Shown here in pieces: positions 36,829 through 49,109 of a stretch of 64,000 nucleotides of DNA. The stretch's first letter is position 1; each line of letters opens with the position of its first letter. The notes beneath the pieces are model-generated. The model saw nothing but the letters and a program-made list of their open reading frames with translations. It did not search any database and was not told where the DNA came from. Position numbers and translations under genes: made by a program. Origin of the DNA: Squalus acanthias (taxonomy: Eukaryota); contig CM059431.1 of assembly GCA_030390025.1 (NCBI GenBank), positions 138,324,001 through 138,388,000 of the forward strand, in the 5' to 3' direction.

Positions 36829-39274
36829 TTTCAAATAAAACTGTTGGACTATAACCTGGTGTTGTGCGACCTCTCAATTTTAAATATAGTTACACATCAC
36901 AGTCATAAACACGACCTTCAGCCTGATCAGTACAATCCCTCTCCGCCCTGCTCTCTGATGCAGTGCCCGATCTGAATCAGTCCTCAGCAAATGCCTGAGC
37001 TTCATCCCCTTACGCCCCCATCTCAATGAATTTCGAGCTCGGCACGATGCTGAGCTCTTTTTCCGCCGCCTCCGTCTCCGTGCCCACTTCTCTGGCCAGG
37101 AGTCTTCCCCCCGCACGGCTGACCCTTTCTCCCGCTTTCAGAATTCTCGTTCCACCTGGACCCCTCCCTCTGGCCTCTTACCCTCTCTAGATCTGTTCAT
37201 TGCTAACTGCCGCCGTGACATCGGCCAGCTCAATTTCTCTGCTCCCATCACTCACTCCAACCTACCTCCCTCTGAACTTGCAGCACTCCATTCTCTCCGA
37301 TCCAACCCTGACATTGTCATTAAACCTGCTGACAAGGGTGGCGCTGTTGTTGTTTGGTGAACCGACCTCTACCTAGCGGAAGTTGAACACCAACTCTTTG
37401 ACACCTCCTCCTACCTCCACCTGGACCATGACCCCACTACCGAACATCAAGCCACCGTGTCCAAGACTGTCACTGACCTCATCTCCTCTGGAGATCTTCC
37501 CCCCACGGCCGCCAACCTCATAGTTCCCCAACCCCGCACAGCCCGCTTCTACCTCCTTCACAAGATTCACAAACAGGACTGCCCCGGTAGACCCATCGTT
37601 TCAGCCTGCTCTTGCCTCATGGAACTTATCTCTTCCTATCTCGACTCTATTTTTTCTCCCCTTGTCCAGTCTCTTCCCACCTACATCCGCGACTCTTCCG
37701 ATGCCCTCCGCCATTTTAACAGTTTCCAGTTTCCCGGCCCCAACCGTCTCCTCTTCACTATGGACGTACAATCCCTCTACACCTCCATTCCCCACCAGGA
37801 TGGCCTGAGGGCGCTCCGCTTCTTCCTTGAACAGAGGCCCAAACAGTCCCCATCCACCGACACCCTCCTCCGCCTGTCTGAACTTGTTCTCACATTGAAC
37901 AACTTATCCTTTGACTCTACCCATTTCCTCCAAATTAAAGGTGTTGCTATGGGTAACCGCATGGGTCCCAGCTATGCCTGCCTTTTCGTGGGATATGTGG
38001 AACACTCTTTGTTCCAGTCCTACTCGGGTCCCCTCCCTCACCTGTTTTTCCGGTACATTGATGACTGTATCGGTGCCGTCTCCTGCTCTCGCCCTGAACT
38101 AGAACATTTCATTCACTATGCTTCCAATTTCCACTCTTCCCTCACATTCACATGGTCCATCTCCGACTCTTCCCTTCCCTTCCTCGACTTCTCCATCTCC
38201 ATCTCTGGGGATAGGTTATTGACTAACATTCACTACAAGCCCACTGACTCCCACAGCTACCTGGACTACACTTCCTCCCACCCCGCCTCCTGTAAGGACT
38301 CTGTTCCATTCTTCCAGTTTCTTCGTCTCCGCCGCATCTGCTCTGATGATGCCACCTTCCATACCAGTGCTTCCAACATGTCTTCCTTTTTCCTCAACCG
38401 AGGATATCCCCTCTACCGTGGTCGACACGGCCCTCGACCGTGTCCGTTCTATCTCCCGCACTTCTGCCCTCACCCCTGCCCCTCACTGTCGGAACCACGA
38501 TAGGGTTCCCCTTGTCCTCACCTTTCACCCCACCAGCCTCCACATTCAACAGATCATCCTCCGCCATTTCCGCCACCTCCAGCGTGATCGCACCACCAAA
38601 CACATCTTCCCCTCACCTCCCCTTTCAGCATTCCGCAGGGACCGCTCCCTCCGCGACACCCTAGTCCACTCCTCTACCACCCCCAGCACCCCTTCCCCTT
38701 CGCCCGGCACCTTCCCGTGCACGCGCAGGAGATGCAACATATGCCCTTATACCTCCCCTCTTCCCACTGTCCAGGGCCCCAAACACCCCTTCCAGGTGAA
38801 ACAGCGATTTACTTGTACTTCCTGCAATTTAGTATACTGTATTCGCTGCTCACGATGTGGTCTCCTCTACAATGAGGAGACCAAACGCAGATTGGGTGAC
38901 CGCTTTGCGGAACACCTCCGTTCAGTCCGTAAGGGGGACCCCGAGCTCCCGGTCGCCTGTCACTTTAATTCACCGCTTCACTCCCACTCTGACCTCACCG
39001 TCCTCGGTCTATTACACTGTTACACGGAAGCGCAGCGTAAGCTCGAGGAACAGCACCTCATCTTTCGTTTAGGCACGCTACAGCCCTCTGGACTCAATAT
39101 CGAGTTCAACAATTTTAGATCATAACCTCAGCTCCAATCACATTTATATTTTATTTTTTCCACCCTTTTATTTGCCCCCCCCACCTTTTTTTTTCCTCCT
39201 AGAAGCTGGCAGCTGTCCTTCATTCTGCCAGTGGATTTCACACTTCTTTCAGCCTTAATCTGTCACATTAACAC

Positions 39275-42200
39275 TGTCGTAAGAATTAGCCTTACGCGTG
39301 GTGAACTTAAAGTAAGCTTTAATCAACTAAAAAGGTGCTACATACAAAAGAGGTCTTACTCTATGCCTTTCCAGGATCCAACTGATCAGCGCAGTATTTA
39401 TCCAGGACTAATCACAGGAAGCTGTATTGTGTTACCACATTCTCCCCCCACCAAAAGATTAGGAGGCCGGGATGAAGTTCGAGTCACAGGAAGCTGTATT
39501 GTGTTACCACATTCTCCCTCCATTTCGTAGCCGCTGGACGAGGGAGAGCCGCACCCGTTTGGGTTCTCGTAGCGGTAGAGGGCCCCTAGCCCGTTTACCC
39601 GCCGCGGGCCGTGGACCACAGTCCGAGTGATCCAGCCCGCTCTGTGAGGGGTCAGGACGATCCTGACTGTGTACTGGTGCCCGAACGGGTGTCGGGCAGG
39701 GCTGTGGCAGATCCGTTTCCTAGCGTATGGTACGGGGTGGATCGTGGCTGCGCGTGCGAGCCCCGACGGGCTCATAGTCAGTCTGCCCCAGGTCGGCACG
39801 CTGGAGTGAGGTACCAGCCGGCGTCAGATCCAGATCGTGATGAGAGGCACCTGGCGAGCCCAGAGATGTGCCTGGTACAATATCATCCCCTGGTGTCCCT
39901 CTATGTTTCGGCGGGCAGGGAGCCAGATCCCGCAATGACACGGTAGATTCCCGACCGTCAGGATACCGAATATAGGCGTAGGTAGGGTTGACGTCAGTGA
40001 GCTCAACCTCATCTACCAGGGGGTCATTCTTAGACGCCCGAACATATCTTCGGAGTAGCACTGGTCCCGGTGCAGTCAGCCACGACGGGAGAGATATCCC
40101 ATAGGATGAGCGACGCTGAAATCGGAAGAACCGTTCATGAGGCGTCGTATTTGTGGCGGTCGAAAGGAGGGACCATGTGGAGTGTAATGCGTCTGGAAGT
40201 ACTGCTTCCCATTGCTGGTTGGGTAGGGCCCGAGATCTCAAAGCCAGACGTACCGCATTCCAGATGATAGCGTTAAAACGCTCGACTTGCCCATTCCCGA
40301 CCGGATGATAAGGCGTCGTTCTGCTGGCAGCAATACCCCGTTCCGAGAGATAGGCCTTGAGTTCTCCTGACATAAAAGAATGGCCCCGATCTGAATGAAC
40401 ATAGGATGCCATGCCACAGAAAGCAAATACCTGCTCAAGGCAGCTGATAACCGTGGTCGTCAGCATATTGGGGCAGGGAAAGGCAAACGGAAAACGGGAA
40501 TACTCATCAACCATGGTCAATAGATAAGTGTTGCGAGTTGAAGAGGGCAACGGCCCCTTAAAATCGATGCTAAGCCGTTGCATTGGCTGGGTCGCATGTA
40601 TGAGTATACCACCCGAGGGGCGGAAAAACTGAGGTTTCAATTCCGCACAGACTCTGCAGTCCGAGCACATCTTCTTTACATCCCCGGTAGAGAATGGGAG
40701 ATTTCGGGACCGCACGAAGTGTAGCATGCGAGTAACGCCCGGATGACACAACCCATCATGGATGTCTACGAGCGTAGAGGGTGCCATGGCGGAGCAGAAT
40801 GCTCGTGTGAGGGTATCCGGAGCCACATTCTCCTTGCCAGGTCGATAGTGGATGGTGTAACCAAAGAGGCCAATTCCAGCCGCCAAAGCTGGATTTTATT
40901 ATTTTTAATTTTGGTCCATTTTCGATTATCGAGCATGAAGGCGACCGATCGCTGGTCCGTGATTAAGGTAAAGTGCTGGCGAGCTAGGAGATGAGTCCAC
41001 TTCCGTACTGCCTCTATGATGGCTGTAGCTTCTTTCTCGACTGGAGGATAATGTAGCTCAGCCCCTTGAAAAGTCCTGGACAAAAATGCCACCGGACGAC
41101 CTTCCTGATTCAGAGTGGCCGAGATCGCCACCTCCGAGGCATCACACTCAACGACAAAAGGAAGACTCTCATCGATGGAGTGAAGAGCCGCTTTCTCTAA
41201 CTGTTTTTTCAGGAAGTTAAAGGCTGCAACAGCCGCTGTGTCTAGTGGGAATGTGCTGGCCTTCAGTAGAGGTTGGATTCGGTCCGAGAAGTTCGGAATC
41301 CATTTAGCATAGTATGCAAACAGGCCGAGGGCCCGGCGCAAGGAGGCCGGATTCTTAGGTGGCGGGAGTTCTTGGAGTGGGCGAAGCCTTTCAGGGTTAG
41401 GTTTAATGATGCCATTGCCCACACAATAGCCAAGGATGTTGATGGTTGGTTGTGACTCAATGGATTTAGCCGCATTTAATGTCAAATTACGGTGCTGGAG
41501 TGCATCCCAAAATCGTTGGAGATTGGCGTCATGTTCCCGCTGATTGCGACCTGCGACAGTAATATTGTCCAGATAAGGAAACGTATCCTTTAAGTCTTTC
41601 TGTTTGACCAGGTCATCCATTGCTCGCTGGAAGACAGCCACTCCATTAGTGACCCCAAAGGGGAGGCGACGAAATTGATACAGCCGTCCATTGGCTTCAA
41701 AGGCCGTATACTGCTTGTCTGAGACCTTCAAGGGTACCTGATGATAGGCACTTTTCAGATCATATGTTGAGAACACCGTGTACTCAGCCAGTTTATTAAC
41801 CATATCATCGATGCGCGGCAATGGGTATGCGTCCAAGTCCGTATATTGATTGATGGTCTGTGAATAGTCAATGCACCGCCGTTTCTTGTGAGGTTGTAGA
41901 GGGTTCTTAACAATAACGACCTGGGTGCGCCATGGCGACGAACAAGGCTCGATGATATCCTCTGCTAAAAGCCGAGAAATCTCAGCCGCAATAAAAGACT
42001 GGTCTTCCTGACTGAAACGTCGTGACTTTGTTATAATCGGTTTGCATCGAGGAGGGATACTGGTAAACAGTGAGGTTTCATCCAGTGAAGCTGCTGACAA
42101 TGCACAGAACGGTAATCGAGGTCGTATATTAGAAATAGTGAGTTCAGGTTTGGATCCGCCGAACTCAATGGTGAGCTTCTTATGCTGCTTTTGAAAATCT

Positions 42201-43725
42201 AGCGCTAAGATAAGATCACTACATAAGTCCTTGAGCACCGAAAGCCGGGTGGAGGGATACCTGTGACCATTAAGTGTTATTTCAACCATACAAAAGCCAG
42301 AAATTCTGGTATTAAGTGATGACTGAGCCATCGCAATTGCCTGGTCCGATGGGAAAACATGTAGCTTTAACTCTGCAACAATCTGTTCCCTAATGAAACT
42401 ATCAGTGCTACCTGAGTCAATTAAGGCATCTAAAGTATGTCCATTAATTGATGCTTTTGTAGCTGCATGGAATAGGTTCTGAGGACAAGCAGCTGTAATT
42501 GGTGTCGTTGCACAAAGAGTGGCTGAAACTCTAGGTGTGTTTCTTCGAGAGAAAACCCGAGAGGAAGCACGATAGATTTTAGCCGGAACATCTTGATAGG
42601 CCCTTACCGGGGCAGTTCGGTAGGACTTAGCTTGATAAGCCCTCGTAGAGGCTCTTGATAGGCAAACCTTTGCAAAATGACCCTTTTTGTTGCAATGACT
42701 GCAAAACGCATTGCGAGCAGGGCAGAATTTCCGAGGGTGAAACTCATCACCACAAAAGAAGCATTTCTTAGATTGCCAAGAGGCTGCCACAGTGGGGTCA
42801 TCATCCTCTTCATCAGTGAAGTCATCAGATTGATCGTCAGGGATAAAGTCCTCCCTAATAGAGTTCACCTGTGGCCTCTTAAATTGCCTGACTGTAGTTA
42901 AGGCAGCAGACCGAGGTCTGGGCACTGTATAAAGGTCTGCATTTCTTTTTGCCAGACCTAGAGAGCAAGCCATGTCATAAGCTCTCTGAAGCTCAAGTGT
43001 CTTACTTTCCAGTAGACGCTGGCGTATAAATGGGGAGGCAAGCCCGCAGATGAAAGCATCACGGATCATTTCTTCACGGTACAGCTCAGCTGAGGCCGCC
43101 TGAAAGTTACAGTCCATACTAAGTCTGCGAAGCTCCTGGAGGAATTTATCAATGGATTCCTCCGGCCCTTGTTGGGCTGTAGCAAGTAGATGTCTGGCAT
43201 AGACCTCATTCGGTGTCTTAGTATATAGTCTTTTAAGCGTCCGAATTGCCTCCTCGTAACCGCCCGATTCCTCGACATACTGAAATACATTCGGGGTGAC
43301 ACAGTTGATGAGTATCCGCAATTTTGAGTCATCATCAGCCTTGCAATATTCGAGAAAATTGTCAAACGTGCGATACCAGTGTTTCCACACCTTACCGGCT
43401 GCTGGGGTGTTTGGGTCCAAGTCAAGACGCGATGGTTTAAGGATGTTTTCCATGATGGGTGATTCCCTGGATCCTCAGTTCCGAGTTCGCCCAAAAAGTT
43501 TGAGTGCGAAGTTTTTCAAAGTTGATTAAATTGTCGTCAGAATGAGCATTACGCGTGGTGAACTTAAAGTAAGCTTTAATCAACTAAAAAGGTGCTACAT
43601 ACAAAAGAGGTCTTACTCTATGCCTCTGCAGGATCCAACTGATCAGCCCAGTATTTATCCTGGACTAATCACAGGAAGTGATGTAATAAAGTTCGAGTCA
43701 CAGGAAGCTGTATTGTGTTACCACA
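39275..43725 (-). mobile_element. Ty3/Gypsy LTR retrotransposon, near intact
   Basis: Short TG...CA LTRs at 39275-39439 and 43532-43725; perfect 5-bp TSD AACAC; PR-RT-RH-IN order. Confidence 0.96.
39720..43453 (-). CDS. Gypsy gag-pol polyprotein with one frameshift near 40865
   Basis: CSHCNKKGHFAKVC knuckle; LIDSGST protease; RT DLKSAYHQ, LPFG, YLDN; RH VECDAS, TDQRS; IN HDGLCH..CRVC, SIDFKG, HSDRG, VERFN. Confidence 0.93.
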
Positions 43726-43858
43726 AACACCACGTCTAGCCTTGCATATCTCTTAATGTCTTTTAATGTCTCTTCATCTCCCCCTTTGTTCCTTTATCCC
43801 CTCCCCCTTTTCCCAGCTTTACCCTGGCCTTAAATCTATTTGAATACCGGCTCTTCCC

Positions 43859-43895
43859 AGTTCTGATGAAAGGTCATCGACCTGAAACGTTAACT
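43859..43895 (+). ncRNA. Minimal type I hammerhead ribozyme motif
   Basis: agtt-CTGATGA-a-aggtc atc gacct-GAAA-cgTT-aact; stem I agtt/aact; palindrome AACGTT; lies in the PLE terminal repeat. Confidence 0.75.
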
Positions 43896-45094
43896 CTCTT
43901 TCTCTCTCCACGGATGCTGCCTGGCCTGCTGAGTTTTTCCAGCGTTTTCTGTGGTTATTTCTGTATCACACACTGTCGCATTCAGTTTGAATTGTTCTGA
44001 TAAATTACTGATCTTTGACCCAAAGTCATGAATCCTCTGTGCGGTAACAATGACTACATTTCCCCACAGCTCTTCCATCTGCGGTTCAGAAAACCCCGCA
44101 GTGAAACCGTGTTCTGTAGCCGGAATCAGTTTCAGATCCTCAATTATATTTCATTGCTCAGCAAAAAAATCGTTATTATAGGACCAGAGAAGAGCAGAGG
44201 TGGGAAGAGACAAAGATCACTGATTCCAATCTCTAACAACTAGCCTCTAGTTAATGAGTAACAGTCTGGGCCTTGACCAGGATGTTCACACCCAAGAGTC
44301 TCAGGCTTCGGGTTTCAGTAACTGGAACTGAACCAGTAAATGTGGGCGGTAAACAAGTGAAAATCTGCTTCATCGACCTGTTAACTTTTGGTGGTCGTGA
44401 TGCAATTTCACACTTTCTTATAATCTTTCAAAGAACAGTTTAGCAGCGGATTATATTTATTATGAGACTTGGAAACTCTGAACATTGAATTCATTTGCTA
44501 ATTAGCTCTTGTATTTAATAAAAGTATTAAAAGTTCAGGCAACTGATTGCGACTGCTCCGTGTCTCAATCCCCTTCCTGCTTCTCTGTGCTGCCGCTCCC
44601 AGTTTGGTTACAGCTCTCCCTGCTCCGTGTCTGAAATCCCTCCCTTTTACAGTCTGCTTCCCCCACCGGTGCTGTGCCTGGTCTTTAATGTTTTCTTTCC
44701 TCCCCCGACCGGTTCCACATCTGTTTCTCCCCCTGTTTCCATTCCAAGCAGCTCTTTGTCTGATTCTTTAGTAACTTCCCTTCCCCAGATGCTCCATCCC
44801 ACCTGCTCCATGCCTGAATGTCCCCCTGCATCTGTAACTGCCTCCAGCTCTACAACCTTCCTCCACCTCTAACTATCTCCCGCTAACCCGTGATTCCTCC
44901 CCACCTGCTGCAATACTAATGTTATCATTGTCCTTTCTTTCCTCCTGCTCCGTGCCGATCTTCCCACACCCGTTTGCCCTCCTGCTCTATATCTGACTCT
45001 CCCTCTCCTTCACTGTCCACCTGCACCATGCCTGATTACCGTCCCTGCTTCCTTCCTCTGCGGCCTGTCTAATTTCCCATGCACCACAAACAAT

Positions 45095-45295
45095 GTATTG
45101 GAGCTGAAAATGCTGGAAATACTCAGCAGGTCAGACTGCATCAGTGGAAAGAGAAGATTTAACATTTCAGGCCGATGACCTTTCGTCAGATCCTGAAACG
45201 TTCTCTCTCCACAGATGCTGCCTAACCTGCTGAGTATTTCCAGCATGTTGTGTTTCTATTTCAGAATTTCAGCATCCACAGTATTTTGCTTTAAT
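45095..45295. mobile_element. Small inverted pair of Penelope terminal-repeat fragments
   Basis: atgctggaaatactcagcagg... and its complement ...cctgctgagtatttccagcat; degenerate hammerhead core on the minus strand at ~45160-45192. Confidence 0.7.
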
Positions 45296-45479
45296 ATTTA
45301 AAAGTTATTTGTGGTACAGAATAATCCAAAACCTATCCCATATTCTCTGCACCGAATATTGTTACAGACTCGAGAAATGGTCCCACAATAATGAACCAGC
45401 ATCAACCAGCTGGATAATATTACTCTTCAACATTTTATTTGTTTGATCACACATCGCCGTGTTTTAAATTCCACTTGTG

Positions 45480-45960
45480 GTTCTTTGTCTTTGTTGTAGT
45501 TTCACTAGGTTAGGGCCTCATTCTAAAGTTCTACTGTCTCCCCATGTTTTTAATTCCCCGATCAGAGGAAATAGTTTTTCTCTATCTACCATATCGATAA
45601 TTTTTAACATTTTAAACACCTCGGTCAGATCGCCCTCAATCTTCTATACTCAAGCACATACAAGCCAGGCTTTTGCAAAATGTCAACGGGAGTGCATATC
45701 ATTGATCCCCACTCTTTTGCTCATTCCATAACAATTTCTAAACCAAGTTAATAGGCTGCCTATTTTTCCATGCGCTCTCATTTATGCCAATTATCTTTTG
45801 CGTGGAACCTTATCGAATGCCTTCTGCAAGTCCACATCGATAAAATCCATAGGCACTCATTTGTCTACCTTATATGTGATCATTTCTAAATATTCAACTA
45901 GATTAGTCAGACATGAATTACCTTCAATAAAACCATGCTGGCTCTCTCTGATCAACTCCT
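45480..45960 (-). mobile_element. CR1 fragments, reverse, old
   Basis: ggaaccttatcgaatgccttctgcaagtccacatc = reverse of [11 protein letters not shown]. Confidence 0.65.
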
Positions 45961-45964
45961 TTTA

Positions 45965-47470
45965 ATGTGTGAGGTTACATTTGGAAATTTTATTCTGTTA
46001 AATGACGCATCTCCAATTTCTAAAAAATAAAACAATGATTTCTTACCTGATCCAATGTTGAAATCTCAACTTTTCACTGATTGAACTACTGCACCAGGAA
46101 ATGGCACTGGGTCAGTTCTGCTACAATAAAACACTATAATGGTGCTCAGTATATTCCGGGTCCTTATCTTGTGCTGCTGTCCCTTATTCTGGTTCCAGAA
46201 AGTCCGGGTAAGTTAGCATTGTGGGTTATACAGTTTAATGAACACACCCTGGGTAAAGATCAGTTACACAGCACAGTCCTAAACCCGACCTTCAGTCTGA
46301 TCAGTACAATCCCTCCCCGCCCTGTTCACTGTTGCAGGGCTCGGACTGAATCACACACAGTCTCATTCTTTTTGAATTATACTGATGAATTACTGATCTT
46401 TTACCCAAAGTTATTAATCATTTGTTTGGTAAAAATGATTTAATTTCCCCCATCTCTTCCATCTACGGTTCAGAAGATCCCGATTCATATCGGTGACATC
46501 AATTCGATTATATTGCTCACGATAAAACCTGTTTATTATCGAACTATAAAAGGGCACAGAGAGCAAGGGACAAAGATCGCTGGTAGTTTATTGGGATCAA
46601 ACACCAGACGGAAGGGCACAGTGAGCTCTTTGTGTTAACACGACAGTTTTCTGGAATTATCTACCTTTCGATCTTTATCCGTCACGTTGACCCGATTTTC
46701 ACTGTGTGGGAATGAACTACATTCGGATCGCAGGTCTATTGATCTCGGTGTTAGACCTTTTATAATGTTAATCTGATCTGGATACGCTAGATTTCTACAA
46801 TTCCCGTCACCTGTACTGGTTATTTTCCAGTGATGGTCATTTATTAACCATAGAACAATGACTATAAAATCCGGAGATAGTCTCCAGTTGATGAGTAACA
46901 TTCTGTGCCTTGATCAGGATGTTCCCCCACATGAGTCTCAGGCTCCGGGATTCAATTACTGGAACTGGATCAGCAAAAGTGTGCGGTGAACAAGCGAACC
47001 CTTTGTATCATTGACCAGTTAACCTTTATTGGTGGAGCTGTAAATTTATCTTTTCGTTTCATTGTATAAGTATCTGTCAGGGGATTCAATTTATTATGAT
47101 ACTGAGACACGTTGAAAAATTAATGAATTTCAGAATTATAATTTGCATTTAAGAGAAATAATAAAACGTTCTAATATATCTCCCGACTCCTCTGTGTCTG
47201 ATTCCCCCTCCTGCTTCTCCGTGCCGCTCCTTCCAGTGCTTCATGTCGGGTTCCCCATCTGTTCTGTTCCTGATGTTTCCTTCCCTCCCCCACCTGCTAC
47301 AATCCTCATTATCCACTTCACTTTCCTTTTCTCCTGCACTGTTCCTGATTCAATCCACGCATCCGTTCGCCCTCCGGCTCTATACCTGATGCTCGCTGTC
47401 TTTACCCTTTCCATCTTTTCTATACCTGATTACCTTCCCTGCTTCCCTCTCCATTCTGCTACATGTCTGG
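45965..47470. repeat. Diverged duplicate of segment 35570-35867 + 36893-36979 + 43969-45080
   Basis: Colinear similarity, e.g. gaccttcag.ctgatcagtacaatccct and gagtctcaggct.cggg.ttca..actggaactg. Confidence 0.8.
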
Positions 47471-47699
47471 TTCCCTACTCACCACAAAGGACACATCAAA
47501 GCTATTCAAAGTACCCCAGTGTCTCACTAAATGTCCACATAATCCCCCATAACCTACAGAGTCCCTCTCATATTAACTTCACCGAATTCAGTTACCGATT
47601 GGCAAAATGGTACCTACACTTCCAGGCTAGCAGTCGCCTCATGTTTCTCTTCAATATTCCCTTCTTTTTGCTCACAAATCCTCATTTTAGAAAAATTCA

Positions 47700-49105
47700 A
47701 TTGTTTCTCATTCTACTCGATGGTTTTGATCTTTTTTCTCTCGCTGCCCCAAATAGGTCCTGGTTGGCCTTTTCGAACCGCTGCAAACCTTGTGGTGATG
47801 CTGCTGCTAGGATTGTGCTAAGAATGCAATCACAGGATTTTGACTCACCATCGATGAAGGAACCGCGATATGTGTCCAGGTCAGGATGGCCTGTAACTTG
47901 GAGGGGACATTGGAGCAGCGGGTATCTCACCACTTTACTGCTCTTATCCTTATCAGTGATAGAGAGAACTGGTCTGAGCGGTGATGTCAAGTTAAGCTTG
48001 GTGATTTGCTGTGGATAGTACAGACTGCAGCAATAGTGAACTGATGGTGGACGGGGTGGATATTATGGACTTAGAATCAAGCAGAATGTTTTGCCCTGGA
48101 TGTCGCCGAGCTTTATGAGTGTTGTTGTGGGTGTATCCATTTAATACAAGTGGTGGTTATTCCATCACATTCCTAACTGGAGGCCGAGTGAAGAGGTTAT
48201 CAGACATCAGGAAGAGAGACACTTATCGTGGAGAACCCAGTCTCTGCCGTTCACCTGCAGTGTTGATACAGCATCTGCCGTTAATCTTCTGGTCAATGGG
48301 CAGGATGTTGATGGGGCGGCAGCAGGTAATTTTGTTGCCGCCAAATGTTGCAGCGATTTTTTTGCCTTTTCCTGTTGGATCTGGTAATTGCCCGGCACTG
48401 ACATGGCACAAATGTTACCTGCCTATTGTTAGCACACGCCTGGGATTGTTCTGGTCCTGAAATAGGCTGTCATGGGCTGCTGCATTATTTATGTAGTTGT
48501 TAATGGATCAGGGCATTGTTGAATGAACGGAGAACGAATCGATTCCTGAAGTGATGACAGAGCGAATGTTATTTATGAATGTGCCTAACCAAGTGTGCAG
48601 CCCTGAGAAAGTCCGGCAGCGACAACTGTGATGCTTGGCCATCAACAGCTATTTTAATTAAAAGGATTCCCTTAGACCCCCGTTAATTATGACCACACTT
48701 TAACAGGGCTTCTTGATGTCGTCCTCGGTCGAATTTTGCACTCATGTCTACGGAAGTTACTCTCACATCTCGTGTCGCATTGTCTCTTGTATCCCGGTCT
48801 GGATCAAGCCTGTGATTAAGTTTGGAGCAGAGCGGCCCTGGCTGAGCAGGAACTGAATGTTGGTGAGTCGAATATTGTTTTGTATGTGACCATCGATGGC
48901 TCTACAATTGACTAATTCCTTCACTGTATTGATGATTATTAAGGTATTAATAGGGCCATCATTGGCTCGGTAAATTGTGTCATTTTCCAATGGATTGAAC
49001 GTACGTGGGCAATTTCCTACGTCATCAGGTATACCAGTCACACATCTGTACCGAAATAGACTGGCTGTGGTGGGGGTGGTGAATTGTTTTAGGCAGGTCT
49101 TCGCA
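47700..49105 (-). mobile_element. Old CR1-clade LINE (second family), reverse
   Basis: HPDLDTYRGSFIDG...LQRFEKA similar to the 3' ORF of 32365-33365. Confidence 0.65.
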
Positions 49106-49109
49106 ACTA

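Larger units (their letters stand above)
35868..36880 (+). mobile_element. Penelope-like element, 5'-truncated, with inverted terminal repeat
   Basis: GIY-YIG fragment AWYIGETMQTLRQRMNKH...EQKLI...GLN (36164-36457); ~257-bp inverted repeat (35907-36163 / 36623-36880); 12-bp TSD taaatatagtta (35856-35867, 36881-36892). Confidence 0.93.
36980..43959 (+). mobile_element. Penelope-like element (RT + GIY-YIG), interrupted by Gypsy element in its 3' region
   Basis: RFYLLHKIHK..GRPIVS, TMDVQSLYT, GVAMG, FRYIDD (37457-38503); Cys linker and GIY-YIG in the next frame (38346-39125); imperfect TSD tctgaatca (36971-36979) / tctgtatca (43960-43968). Confidence 0.92.

Noticed and set aside
47143..48018. 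291-aa ORF
   Set aside because: Runs through pyrimidine-rich low-complexity DNA and the antisense of a LINE; no ATG start or domain motif
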